Positions 1-14,635 of a stretch of 64,000 bases of DNA are shown here, piece by piece (position 1 is the stretch's first letter; the number at the start of each line of letters is the position of its first letter). The stretch lies in contig NW_026515680.1 of NCBI RefSeq assembly GCF_025526975.1, forward strand, positions 124,001 through 188,000. Direction: 5' to 3'. The translations under genes were made by a program, and so were the position numbers. The notes beneath the pieces were generated by a model that was not told where the DNA came from, did not search any database, and worked only from the letters and a program-made list of their open reading frames with translations. This DNA is from Fimicolochytrium jonesii (Eukaryota).

Positions 1-3000
1 TGCTACTGCCTCGGCAGACTCATCTCCGAACTCATCCAACTCAAACTCCTGTCGCCGGACAGTGATACGGGACATCAGGACGGCACGGATCTTGTGGATT
101 GGACTGGCTTGCATGCGATTGCGGATGCGTTGGCGAGTGCGAACCCGACGGAGAGGAAGAGGGCCAGTGAAGTGGTGCGGAGTGAGTGGTTTGAGGGAAA
201 TCCGATCATCAATGTTGTGGAGAACTTTTTGAAGGAGATTAGGGTTGTGCCGGTTGAGGTGAAGAAGGAGCGGTTCAGGTGGGTTTTTCGTGAGGCTGGA
301 AATGAGGTGCCTTGGGCCGTTGCTGATACATCCATCGCCAAACAGACATCTGCCAACAGAGCTCCGAGCCCTACCCCTCAACACAACCATCTCCTACGTC
401 CTTCCCCTCGTTCTAACCCCCGAATTCGCATCCGAGCCCGGCGCTCAAGGACTGTACGAACAACTCTTCACACCCCTGCACTATGTGGATGGGACCGATC
501 ATCACTCTGAGGAACCGCAGGGGTTGCTCCCAATTGAAACGTACAAGGAAACGGTTTTACCGTTTATTGTACGGCTGTGGAGGAGCAGGAGTTATAGCGC
601 GAGGATGTTGGTTTTGGATCTGTTTGAATGGTATGTTTGTTGCGAACTCTACGGTATTCCTATCGTGTGGGCAAATTCCAATGACCCACATCGTTCCTTC
701 CTTTTGCTCAGCTACTTCACCCACCTCCTAACCCAACAGCCAACCAACCTCGAATCCCTCCTCATCCCCGAACTTATCCTCGGCCTCGACGAAGCAGACG
801 ACGCAGTCTACCTCCTCTCGCTCAAAGCGCTTTCCCTCGCGACCGAAAAGCTCGGATTGGACAGCATCCCACCCCACGCCGGCGCAAGCTCCCCAAAGCC
901 CGTCCTTTCGCGCACCGGCTCAGATTCCAACTCCGCAAACACAAAACGAACACCCGTAGCCCGCCTCCCATCCCTCCAAGACGTGAAACACCATAAAGAA
1001 AAGGCGGGTGACGATAAACCTCTCCCCAGACCACCCCCCCACCGCACACCCTCCACACCCGCCTTCCACCCGGGAGCAGCCGACTGGAACATCCGCATCG
1101 AGACCGCTTCCCCACTCCCAGACGCATCCACCATCACCCCACCCCGCCTCTCCCGGACACCCACATCCACAACCCTCCCGCCCCTCCCCCTCGACCCTTC
1201 CCCGCAACCACCGCCGAAAGACACACATCAGAGAGGTGAAGGGGAGGGCGAGCGATACACCCCGCAGTATTTGGTGGAGACATATTTGATTCCGCATCTA
1301 CTGAGCGTGTGCGTGAGTGAACATCTCGTGGCGGAGTTGGCTGAGGATGGGATGGGAAGGGCGTGGATGCCGCTGGACGCCGTTGTGGGGCTTTGGAAAC
1401 GGTTTTGTGAGGTGGAGGCGCTCGGAAAGGTACTATCGTGTCATGTGATTCATTCTGCGTGCTCTGCGTTGCGATATAGTGGAGCTAACGGATATTGATT
1501 GGACGCGGGCAGGCAACGCAAGACATCCGCACGGCCACAGCCTCCCTCACCAAATCCTTCCATTTGGTCCTCAAAGCCCTCCCTGCGAAACTCAAGATTG
1601 AGTTTTACACACGGCGGCTGTTGGGCGATGTCGTTGGTGGGACGAACGAGGAGGGTGATGGGGGTGATGTGGTTGAGTCGAAGATGGTTTTGTGGATGTA
1701 TAGGGCGGTGGAGTTGGGTGTGCCGTTCATCAAGGACGAAAATCGGTATGGGTTTTGTGGCTTCGTTTGGCGTTTTCGTTGTGTTGTGTGACCGCACCTT
1801 TCATGTCAATCGAATTGACCCCGTTTCTGCTCACACATGTTGTGTTTTAACAGCGACGTCCGCCGCACCCTCGCCCCCACCGTCTCCCACCTCATAACCC
1901 TCATCTCAACCTTCCTCGACCGCGCCCCGACGATCGCGCGCAAACGCGACGAAAGCTCCGTTGTGAATCGATTACGGAAGGTGTATAAAAACAGGTTGGA
2001 GAGGGGTGGGGGTGTGTTTGCGAGGACCGGGCCGAGGAGGGAGGGTAGTGGAAGGGAAGCGGGGCGAGTACACCCTGTGAGACGCGTGAGTGCGGCTGTG
2101 GGGAGTCCGGTTCGGAGGACTAGGCCGGAGTGGCCTCTGCCTGTGCCGGGGGCGGTCACGGATGGGGTTGACAGGGATCGGGAGGAGAAGGCTGAGGAGA
2201 GGGGACCTGAGTCGCCGTCTTCAGCTCCACGGTCGGCTAACGAGGAGGACGGGCTTCCATCACCGCCACCACCGCCACCACCGGCAAAAGGAGCGGCGGC
2301 GCCTGAGGTTCCACCCAAAACGGAGCAGACGGCACCGGAAACGGTCGCTGATGGACATGGTAACAACGTCAATGGTGGACATACGGCACCGGCACCGGCC
2401 CACGGCGAAGATGGGTGGGACGAAGACTGGGGGAGTGATGAGGAAGATGGCCCCGACGCCGTGCAGCAAACTGGCGAGCAGCCTGTCGACACCACATCCA
2501 AAGTGGAGTCCTTTGCCCCGGCCCCAACAGAGGCGCCAACAACCCCATCCGTGGATGACAGCACCGTCATCGCGGCCCCAACACCACCACCACCCCAAGG
2601 CCGGGGCATGAAACTCGGCAAGAGAAAAGACGACGCGACCCCGCCTTCTACACCGCCCGCCACAGAATCCGCATCCAACGCTGCGGTACCCGCTACGCCA
2701 TCAACCTCTGCACAACCCACCAATCAGAACCATCCACTTCATCCGTCGGCCCTACCACCACATCAGCAGCCCCACCACCTACAACAACAACAACACTGGA
2801 AGAGCAACAACCAGAAGAAGAAGAAGACTACTTCGCTGACATGACACCCCACCTCCCCCCGCCCACCGTCCCGCTACTGTCCATGGCGTCGACCACGTCT
2901 GTGGGGCGGGGAACTGGGACTGACGGGCCGGGGAGCGCGGGTGCGAGTAGGGTGGCGATGGAGAGTGTGGATATCGAGGTATGTGGGCGGTTGGGGGCAC

Positions 3001-3089
3001 GATGAAGTCTGACATTGGGCGGCTTGTTTATGGTTTTTTCTCGTTTTGTTTTGAAGGAGTTGGAGGGGTGGGGGGATGAGATTGGGTGA
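1..3089 (+). CDS. SCY1-like pseudokinase/HEAT protein (SCYL3/PACE1-like), 5'-partial, multi-exon
   Basis: Segments 'NVVENFLKEIRVVPVEVKKERF', 'PEFASEPGAQ..LFTP', 'LLPIETYKETVLPFIVRLW..ARMLVLDLFEWY' and 'LLIPELILGLDEADDAVYLLSLKAL' resemble the SCYL3 kinase-tail/HEAT region. C-terminal 'EEEDYFADMTP' motif; last exon ELEGWGDEIG* ends at 3089. Exon structure approximate. Confidence 0.7.
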
Positions 3090-3327
3090 GGCGCTGGGTC
3101 CCCGACGGGCACAGCGTACGGGTGTAACACAAGCACCTCCTCCCTCGCATGTACATAAACGAAGAATGGAGGGATATGCCTTCAGCGTTGACGGATGTGT
3201 TCCAAAGATATATTTTCAGAAAGGTTTTAACATGCAGGGATATATTTCAAGCTCCAGAAAAACGTGATGTGCAGAACCCTCTTCTGTTCTCCGCCCAAGA
3301 TGGTGTTTGAGAATGCGGGGTGCGCGT

Positions 3328-4665
<1,338 letters not shown>

Positions 4666-5521
4666 GGTTGATATGTATGTATGTATGCGAGTTGCTGTAA
4701 GCTGCGGGCTGAGTGGTGCTTATTTGGGTGGTGTCCTTATATGCAAGTGCGTTTGCTTTGAAATGGGTGCCTTTCGGAAGAGTCTTCTGAGAGATGAATC
4801 GATGGGAACGCAATAAGAAAGGCGACGCGGGGCTGGCGAGGCTTGTTCCAACCGTCCCAGGCACACTCAGACAACGCACTTATCGACGTCGGAAGCGAGA
4901 CAAACACCAGAACACATCGCCAGCGAGGGATAAAGCTTGCCTCAAGACAAGGAAGTAGGATGAGCGACGAGCACCTTTCACTATCAATCAAGCAACGCAT
5001 CAGGGCTTTCAATTGGGATGGACCTGGGTTGAGAGACCTGAGTTGAGCAGTGGTCGCAAAAGAATGCGGGGGCTGCGCAGACTTGCCGATGAATCCGCAG
5101 GCTTGGAAGTCACATATCAGTTGAGTCCGAGAGGGCAGCAACGCAACTTGGGATCATAAAGAACTCTCTTGGACACGAAGACTGCGGGATGCGGAGCTGA
5201 TGCAAACTGGGTGCAAGCACTGCCAGAGAGACAGGATGAATGCAGCACAGATGCAGCAAGGTTCAGCCATTCGCGGACAAAAGCCACCGGCTGAATTTCA
5301 CTGCTCGACGTTCATTTCCCGGCATTCCCAAAGTGTCCGCCGCCAGGAATAAGTAGATCACAAACCGTCTGCCAACGGCCTCCCTGCCCTTTGATCTCAA
5401 CCGGCGGTCTTCTTTGCACGCGGCGTCGCAGCGGGCACGAGCTCTAGTTATATCACATTTGGGTCAGCTACACCATCAGGCACGCGCCGCGTCCTACGGA
5501 AGGACTCTTCAATACTCTCTT

Positions 5522-5890
5522 TTACAGTTCAGTATGGGACGCAGGAGATTGTCGACTGATCCATTCGGCGCGGATAATAGCATACTCCACCTAGCCGTAT
5601 TCGGTTCCGGGAAGTGGATCGTCCCACGACTGATGGAAGGTACGTACGAGTCGCATGCCAATGGACTGCATGGTGGCGCGCGATGCAGCATTGACAGCCA
5701 TCGTCTGAGCGGTGACGCGGTCCAGGCCGAGGTCGACAAAAGCGTAGCGCAGAAGTTCCCGAGCTCCCTCACTTCCCAGTCCGCGACGCCAGTGGCGCTC
5801 ATGCAGACGGTAGCCGAGCTGCGCCTGCAAAGACTCATCGGATCCGGTTGCTTCAAGCATGTACAATCCTACAAACGTTCCATCTATCCA
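5522..5890 (-). pseudogene. Bacterial-type RimJ/RimL GNAT acetyltransferase pseudogene (5'-truncated, premature stop)
   Basis: LGYRLHERHWRRGLGSEGARELLRYAFVDLGLDRVTAQTMAVNAASRATMQSIGMRLVRTF..DPLPGTEYG*VEYAII. In-frame TAG at 5591-5593, with homology-like sequence continuing after it. No introns. Confidence 0.8.
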
Positions 5891-6061
5891 CCGACGAGAA
5901 ACCGGGCGGAAAGACATTCTGGCATCAGCATTCGATGAACTATGTACAGTATATTTTCAGATACGTAACGTGCAAAACTATGTTGTACTTGGAATGATTC
6001 ATAAATTGGGTGCAGACTATGATATATACGCCGTAAGTAACAGTTTTCCGCTTTTGGAGGT

Positions 6062-6543
6062 TCAAGCGTACACATCTTGGTTTTGCTGCTGGAAGTACCC
6101 AGTGGGCTGGAAGTTCCCAGAACCGTATTGCTCGTCGGCGAGCTTGTGAGCTTGCGCGATGGCGTGTTTCTTGGCCTTGTCCCTATAGAACGCGGAATTG
6201 AAAATGTGCGGAACAAATCAATAATGTGCTCGCTCTCGGAAGGAATACGGCTTTTCGCTTCCTACCTGTCAAGCCAGTCAATCCCCTTTGTCTCAAACTG
6301 CTTATCCACCTCCGCAGCCGCAAACCCCGCAAGCAGCTCCTTCATCTTCTCATGGGAGGGCGGGGCACCATTCTGAGCGACGTGCTTCTCGTACGCCTTC
6401 ATGGCCTCGAACCCGGCGGCGCCGGCGATGACCTCGTGTGTGAAGGAGGACTTGTGGTGTTCCTTAATCTGGCCGCAGCCGTAGACTTGGGCGTGTGCGT
6501 CTTGCGCGTCGTTGGAGCTGAAGAGGTTTTCGAAGAAGCCCAT
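6062..6543 (-). CDS. CipC/DUF3759 family small protein (one intron, 6265-6183)
   Basis: HKSSFTHEVIAGAAGFEAMKAYEKHVAQNGAPPSHEKMKELLAGFAAAEVDKQFETKGIDWLDR|DKAKKHA; the GT..AG intron restores the frame. Confidence 0.88.
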
Positions 6544-8719
6544 TTTTGGCGTGAGGTTTTGTTCTTGTGTGGTGGTGATGTATTCAGTGAGCGTTTGGGC
6601 GTGGACAGGGGGATGTCTGGAAGGTGGGGCCAGCTATATAAATAGCCGACAGATGCGTCTCTCCACATTTGCAATTGTCCGCCGATGCGGCGCCGATGGG
6701 GAAATGGAATGTTCTCAGATGTGGCCATAGTGACGCACTTCTTCTATTTGGAAGCTTGGCGTTCGATTACCGAACCGCGGAACTCCCGCCCGCTAGCATG
6801 TGGCTTGTGTTACATCTGAGAGGTGGATCTCGCCTGCGATGCCGTTCACTAATAACGGCGCGAGGACAATGTCGCTTTTGGTACATGGTATAGGCTAGGA
6901 TATCTGATGGTCGCCGGCAAGTATCTATCTTTTTAATCTGGTTTGACTTTGATTTGATGGTCCCTCCACACCCGAGCGAGAGACCTCTCCTCACATTGGA
7001 TTTGACATTACCACGCGTCATCACCACCCACCCAACTCCGACCTCTCCACGACGAGGATCAAGCCTCGCCCCCGTCAATCCAAGCTGGGCACTGGGTAGC
7101 CGTTTTGTTGTACATAGAGAGTTGTGGAGATGTCATCCACCGAAGAGCTTTTGAAGGGGCAGCCTTGGCATATAAACCTGGCGCCCGAGCCGTCACCGCG
7201 AGGACGTAATGTCGCTTGTGGCAGGCTTTTGGTGGTGCACCAGGTAGTACTTGATGGTCGCCGGCAAGTATCTATCTTTCTCACCGAGCAAGGCCGTGCC
7301 GCTGCCGTGCCGCTGCCGTGCCGCCGCCGCGCCCGAATTCTGAACCCGCTGCAGCTCAGGTATGGGGTGTTTTCGCTGGGTGTCGCAGAAGGGAGCATTT
7401 GGAAGACAACAGGAGCAGCACCGCATAGCGTTGTAAGGGTACTCAGATGTCATCCCACACCTTTCGCTAGTGTCTTTTCTACGACAGAGTCCACCGGCGC
7501 CAGTCAAGCCGTAGCTATAGGGACCCACCTTGCGTGCCTAAGTAGTTCGCGATTGGAGCCGCCGGGTAGGTCCCTCATATCTTGAAGTCAGACCAGCATA
7601 TGGAGACCAGCATCGTATTTATGCCTGGGATGGAGCCCCTCTTCATTGACATATCGTTGACGGACACTACAACATGTGGGCAAGAATCGAAGCGTCCGGA
7701 CCGTACTTGTGCTTCTCGAGTCAAAAAAAACCCCCGTCATGCCTTGCGAACATCGCGCGTACTTCCCCTGATATCCCAGCGATCTTCCCGAATGTGATCG
7801 AAATCAGTTTGATGGGAGGGTCGACTGCGGAAGATATCCAGCCCTGTGGATATGTTTCCAAACGTGAGGAGAGTGTTATGTACTCCCTACCCCGGCTATG
7901 CGCCGGAGGGTTCTCCTCTATGAAGGCAAAAGTTGGGTATTACAAGAGGCAGTGTAGGCGAGGCTCAGCAAAAAATCACTCAGGCAAAAGAACAAGCCCA
8001 GCACAAGCAACGCATCAAACCGTAACAAACCATAATCTTGCCAAATCACATTCGTCGAGAAAGCTACCTGGGAACCACTACGGGGCAAGCGTTTGCTGAA
8101 TGGTGAGCCCAATAACAAATTTACAGCTAGCCTTTCATTCGGAGCGGGCGTATCTTCGAATATCTTTCGCGGCTTAGTGGGATATAGTGGTCCCCGTCGT
8201 ACATTGTACATATACCCTCGTGAACGCAACAGAATATGAGCTCCACCTCGGTTGTCTTCATGGTCGAATGCAATGACTTCACATGCAAGCGCTCGAATGC
8301 GTCTGGTAAAAAGGGGAGGGATCCGAGACGAGTAGGTGGATGACCAATACCGAGCCTGACCGGACCGACGAAGTACGTTTAGAGAAGGACAGTCATAGGC
8401 TCGCATTGGAATAGTGGAAAATGTCCGAGGAGCGGAGTTGCGAGAAAAAGGAGGAAAGCTGTCGAAACCCCATGGCATCACGTAACAAACAGCTCCCGAG
8501 TGGCACACAGACAGGCCATCCATCTGCGCCCTCACACAACCCACATGCATTTCCACACCACATGCCCTCTGTGACATCTCCCCTCGCACAACTGCAGCAC
8601 TCTTACTGTATCCGACCACCGTTCATCCTTGTATCCCGCAGTCCGCTCTCGATTGATCGGACGAACACCCATAAAACCCCCACGCTTTCGCCAGCCGGCT
8701 TCGGTTCTTTTTTCTCACT

Positions 8720-10428
8720 ATGTCCAACATGGGTCTCGTAGTGAACATCCTCATATTCGGGGTAGCGGTGAGCATTCCCGCAGCGGTCAACTACGAAACA
8801 AAGGGCCAGCTGCCTGACCTCGCTGCTACAACATGCCTGCTGCTGCTTACGCTCATAGTGTTTCGCTTGCTCGGTGTGCCTACGCTCGTGGAGAGTCTGT
8901 CCCAGATTGACGAGGTGTGCAGCACACAACCTGAAGTTGTAGAACTGCAAAGCAAATTCGACAGCAAGCTTTTAGAGGAGGAGTGTGACGTTGTGGAATC
9001 GCAGGAAGAAGACGTGGAGGAAAATATATCAGTCTATGAAGAAGGGGAAGTGGTAGTAGAAGATGAGGCCGTAGAGGAAGCTACATCAAAAGTCGAAAGC
9101 AGCGTTGAACTCAGCGAGGACTCCGCCGCCGAAGAGCTTTCGGACTGCTCTACACCTGTCCCAGTCAGAAACCTCGAGAAGCGATTGGCACGCGCACCCA
9201 GCGACGTTTCCTCAGCCGACAGCGCCATCGCCGATATCCACGACCCATACATATGCCAGCTCCCAGCGCTCGAAGCGGAATTCATCTCGCTGGCCGATAC
9301 TAAACGATCACCTGAGTCATGGGAGACCATTCTTGCGCAGAGTTGGGGCAAGTTCTCGATCGAGATTCATCGACGGGTTGGCAGCCAGTTCTTGTTCCGG
9401 TACATTATGCATTTGGAGGCTACGCCTGAGGAGGCGATTGATCTGTTGGCGGATGTCACGCGGCGCCCTGTGTGGGATGAGCTGTGTGACGAGGCTGGGG
9501 TGGTGGAAAAGGTTTCTGACAGAACGACCGTTCAGGTAGGTTTGGAGATTGATTTGCGTGCATGTTCTCTCACATACGCATGGATCAGCGAGACTAATCC
9601 ACATCCCGTTTCGATCCGTAGTACTTCCGCACGAAAGCAGCATGGCCCACCAAATCCCGCTGCGCCCTCGTAGTCTCGTTCAACAAACAACTCTCACCGC
9701 GCCGCTACCTCAACGTCTCCAAATCCATTAACACACACCCCTCCTTCCACGCCAACTCCGCCGACGTCCGCATGATCGCCCACATCGCCGGTCAACTCGT
9801 CGAGCCGGACGCCGCAGGCCGCGACCGGATGTGCCGCGTCGTGCAGGTTGTCGATGGGGATCTGGGCGGATGGTTGCCGAAAAGCGTTGTCAATATGGTC
9901 ACCATCAACGCGATACCCGTGGGCATGCGGAAGGCTAACAAGATGTTGAAGGGGATTGAAGTTCAACGGGATGTTTCGGAGGTTATGACTGAGGCTGAGG
10001 GTGGATTTTATCAGGCTGGTAGCGATAGCGACGCGAGCAGCCAAACTACACCGGTGTCTGCACGCAAGGGCAGGATGAACGTAATCACTAGCAAGGCGAA
10101 AAGCTGCCAAACTACACCGGTGTCTCCACGCAAGCGCATGATGACGGCATCCGTTCCCATCTCGCCCGTGACTGCAATAGCAGCCAAAGCGGCGCACATG
10201 CAATCCGATACCATCGCTACTGTCTCCACCAGACCAACCACAGAACAACACACCGAATCATCATCACTCCCAACGAACAAAGCGCTGACCACCCGCACAA
10301 CCGCCCAAGCAATCCTCTTAAAACGCCCCAACGTCCTCCGCTTCATCCTCACCATCCTCCGGCGATCACAGCCGTGGATCATCGTATCGATCTTGCTTGC
10401 GATCGTCACCGGGCGATTCAAGCGATGA
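8720..10428 (+). CDS. START (StAR-related lipid transfer) domain membrane protein
   Basis: N-terminal hydrophobic helices, then acidic linker. START-type motifs 'DLLADVTRRPVWDELCDEAGVVEKVSDRTTVQ|YFRTKAAWPTKSR' and 'VDGDLGGWLPKSVVN'; intron ~9536-9620; C-terminal hydrophobic anchor. Confidence 0.82.
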
Positions 10429-12220
10429 GCTCGAAATACATGTCCCCATACCGCCCACCCAGGTCAAGGGCCCACGTATTCCCATTGACTGCTAGAGCAG
10501 CAAAACCGCCCCAAACCTGTCTAAGACGTTATATACCCTACTCCCAGCCAATTTTGAAAGTACACTACATTAGTATTGGTCGCGTCCCCGTCTCTGCGTT
10601 CCCCAGGTTCTCTTATTTTTGTGCGTCGCTTGGCCGACATCCTTTTAGAAGTTCTGTGAGGTATACTTGGCATGTATTCATTCAGTTACATGGCAATAAA
10701 AATGCAAGTTCTATGACTATGAATTAGGTTGCGAAGAAGGTATGAAATTGGTGAGCCAGGGGTGCTGAGAGGGAACTAAACTCTTACAGCCCGGCTCTAT
10801 CGACGAAAACGGAAGTGTGAAGATAATAGAGACCTTATGTTCCGCTCATATAGAAGCCGTTCGAAAATTGCGGCCACACCGTAACTGCTCCGCGACCGTC
10901 GAAGGCGAGTCGCGAGAGAGGCAAGGCATTCGTCCCGTTTTCACGGTCGTCCCCCCCACCGACGTAAGAAATCGATTCCCGCCGGAGCCCCATTTCAGCT
11001 TCTTCTCGCCATCGCGTGACTCGGCAGTCTGAAGCTTCACATTACACTTCACATTACACATTACACATATGGACGGTTCCGATGTGACGCTAGGATCGGT
11101 GGCATCAATTGACCACCTAGGCGCGCTCGCTTTGTGCCTCAACGTCCTGCTCCCTCAGATACCTCATCCTTTGTTGTGCATTCATGTCGCCCCTCAGTAA
11201 GCGCGTCAATCGCATCTTATTGTATGCCGTGAAAAAAAGAGGGAACTTAGCCTGACATTTCCAGCTGCATCAAAATCAATGGAAATCGCGGCACATAATA
11301 CACAAAACGAAAAGGAAAGGAGGAAAAGCCTGCAACAAACACAAACACCTGATGCGGGACTTACATCCTTGGGCTGGATGGTCTCCCTCCCAGCGGGGAC
11401 GGCGGCCACATTCACGTCAGACGTAAGAGCTCGGGTGGAGGCAAGCTTGATGCAGGATGTCGGTCGCGTCCATTGACCACCTGGGCGCGCTTGTCTTCTT
11501 CTCGTTCACCCAGACGTTAGCTCCGCCGGCTTTAAAATACCGGCATATGAACGACCGCGGCACAATGGCACCGGCCCCCACAGGGCTATTGTGATGAAGC
11601 GTTTCCGCTGCCGCAATCTCGTTAGGGTCGCGACGGCCGAGGCCACCAGCGACGCTTTACTGTGGGCGCCTCTCCATCGCAGCGGCCGGCCGTCCTCATC
11701 AAACATCTTATCCTTGGCGCAGGGAGAACATCCGTAGTTAACTTTTCGGCTCTGGTCTCCCGCTCTGGTCCATGAATATCACCGCATTGGCGCAAAAAAT
11801 GTCAAGGCACGGATTAATGCCAGGAAAGAGTTGCGTGATTGTGATTGCAATTGCTGCGAGCTCTTTTAGCAACTAGAATGTGGCAGTTTCTGCGTCTTGC
11901 ATATCCGTCCCAGCTCCGATACAATGGTTTCCTGCATCGTAGTAAGCGCATCTGCCTGATCATCGTGGTCGTCTTCCGGCTCGTCGGGATCCGCTCCTCC
12001 TCGCATGTTGTTTGTAACCGAGAGAAAAAGGCGGAATGAGGTAAGCCACGGCAAGGGCATGACATTTCGCCACCGTCCTCCAGCAAGCATACATTCCTGT
12101 ACAGTAGTGCACATAGCAACCCCATCGCCAACCCTTCGAAAGCGGCCCTATGCAAGAATAGATAGCGAGTAGAAATCCAGATTTTTCCTTGTGGTTCGGG
12201 AGAGCGATATTTGATCGAAT

Positions 12221-12840
12221 CTACAACTCGGCATCCCCGATTTTCCTCTTTACAGAATCCCGTACTTTGTTTTGCATGTACATTGAATGCACATAACGAT
12301 TGCCCCTCGAGTAGTCGGTCACTGAATGATGAAGAAGATCGGCTCGGAACAGGGTTAAGGTACCCACTTCCTGCTTCAGAACAACACCTGCATCGATGCG
12401 TTCAAAATCTCCCCCATCGCCGAAGTCGCCAAAGGTGTACTGAGTGGTGAAACCCTTGTCCTCCACATCGAAGTGGCAATCAACTGTCGGATTCCAAATG
12501 TGGGTATGTGATTTCTGCCAGACACCCTACTCCGCGTGTGTTCGATCGTATCGCACATTGAGAACAATCTGCAATGCCTACGTGAGGCAATGCTTGTCTC
12601 TGAGGTGGGAAATTACCGTCACAAAGAGGGCAATGTGCCAGCGTTCCAAGTGCGTGGCGCTGATCATCTCAGCTCAAGCAGATGCGAACCCTGCCATCAT
12701 CGTTGAAGGCTTCCAAAGGAACATAAAGACTTCTAATCGCAGCTCGGGCACGTCCACCTTGCTTTTCCGCGTGTACGAATCTTCACACTTAAGTACCTTG
12801 ATAGCGTTTGAAAGTGCCCGCCCGTTATAGAGCGCCTTGT
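12221..12840 (-). pseudogene. TET/JBP-family 2OG-Fe(II) dioxygenase, disrupted
   Basis: NPTVDCHFDVEDKGFTTQYTFGDFGDGGDFERIDAGVVLKQEVGTLTLFRADLLHHSVTDYSRGNRY: HxD at 12467-12475, GDF..GG, distal H and R. Same frame upstream carries in-frame stops. Confidence 0.75.
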
Positions 12841-14635
12841 TCTTCTTCTTCGTCAGATTACGGCAGTGGTCGTCGTACTGCCTCGATATCCTGTGCGGAT
12901 CGCCCCGTAATCGAACAACGGTTGCGTAAAAGAACAGCCGTCGCGGAAATAATCTTCACAACGTGTCCAGGGCCCTCTGCAAGGTCGCGCTCATCACCAC
13001 GGTAATGAGGAGGGTTCCCTTTCCCCTTGCGCTTCGTGGTGGCGGTGCGCAGGCCAGCCATGAGCAGGTCCCATTCCGCCGTCGTATCCAACTCCTCGTT
13101 GGCCCACCAATTGTAAGGAAACTTCTCCCCGGCTTCGAGCCATCCACAGACATCACATCAAACTTTACCAAACGAACGTTTCCTGATAACTCTGCTGGAG
13201 ATCTCGCCGGGGTGGTTGCAGCTGTTACTTCCGCCGGTGTACCGGGTTCTTCCTCGACAGGATCGCTGAAGAATGTGCAGAAAAACTGGGTGACGAGCCC
13301 TTGTTCCGTGCTTGCGCAGAGCACGGCGATGTCTTCGATGTTCTTGCCCAACACGGCCCAGGTGTGGGCTGTCGGGTAGGTCGTTGCGACATCCTGGGGC
13401 ATAGCTGCGTCAATGGTGGAAAGAACTCTCGCCTTGATCACCAATAGCATCGCATATGGGCAGCGCATTGTCATGGCGATTGGCAAGGCACTTTTTCGGC
13501 AATCTGCAATCTATCGATGGCGTTAATATCGATGATCTGACCGTTGTTTGCTTGGGCCACGAACGGCTCGTATGAATAGGGCTCGGATGGATCGACGTTG
13601 GGAATCTCATCATCCATGATGAACATTGTTGCGCGATCCACAAACCATCCATGCTCGTTCAGCTTAGTGTTTCTCTCGATAACGCTGATGTTATACTGGA
13701 CGGATGGGAGCGCTCTCGAGAATGGTATCTTGACGAAGAACTCGCCAACGATTTTCATAATGACCTTTCTTGAAAGGTGAAGTCCCGTTCGTCTCGTCAA
13801 CTGAAGATGACCTTGATGAAAGGAAGATTCCCTCGCACGATGACATCAACACGGCCGCGCTCTCATCCTTGCTAGAACTTGATCGAGCTCATATCGACAT
13901 CCACAAGTGTAGAATATTGGTTATCGCCGTAAATTGGTTGGTTGTGCTTGCATCGTCTTCTTAGCTAGCGCTCGTTTCCCTGACGAGGAAGCCGTCAAGA
14001 TCGTCGTTACCGGCCTCGTGATCGTTGCGGGTGCAGCCTGAGCTATGCGAGTGCAGGGGGACTTCGGCCCCTTTCGCTCAAGGCTGAGAGATGCTCTGAC
14101 CGTGTCGACCATCCATTGCTATCAAAGCAGGTATAGATCATCGGCAGTTGAGAACGATGTCGCTTCAGGAGAAGCTCGGTACCGATGTGGATGGTCCAAT
14201 AAGAGCGTCCGCTGTGACCTACTAGCTGGCCCGCCAGGTGTCGCAGCAGCCCCAGGCGCACCACAAGTTTTCCCCAATCGGACGATCTGTTGCTGCATTT
14301 CGGGCTTGGCGGCCACATTGCATATCGGAATTTCTCCGACAACATCGAGTTTGTGCGCTGTGGCAGAGAGGACAGTATCGTAGCTCGCGCTCCACGGTAA
14401 GAGCCCTTTTCTTGGCGGAGCTGATCAGACTTTTGAGCTCGTCGTCCGATGAGCACGACCCCATCCAATCTCCCGATCCCGCAATCTGGGTGATCGATCA
14501 AATAGGTGGAGTAGCGTTCAGAGTAGCGTTTCTCCTGGGCAGCAATGCTCTTGCTTTGCGCATGGCCCGTGCTGAATAGAAACTATGTTAAGCAACTCCA
14601 CCACAAACTTGAAGTTGTTGACCACAAAGTTCTGC

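Noticed and set aside
5591..5593. TAG stop-codon reassignment or readthrough
   Set aside because: TAG terminates ordinary genes in this window (e.g. at 37702, 45051, 62502) and the GNAT is also 5'-truncated, so a nonsense mutation is simpler.
7560..8619. ORFs 7918..8619 and 7674..8099 as genes
   Set aside because: No recognisable domain or host codon pattern; possibly eroded sequence but unsupported.
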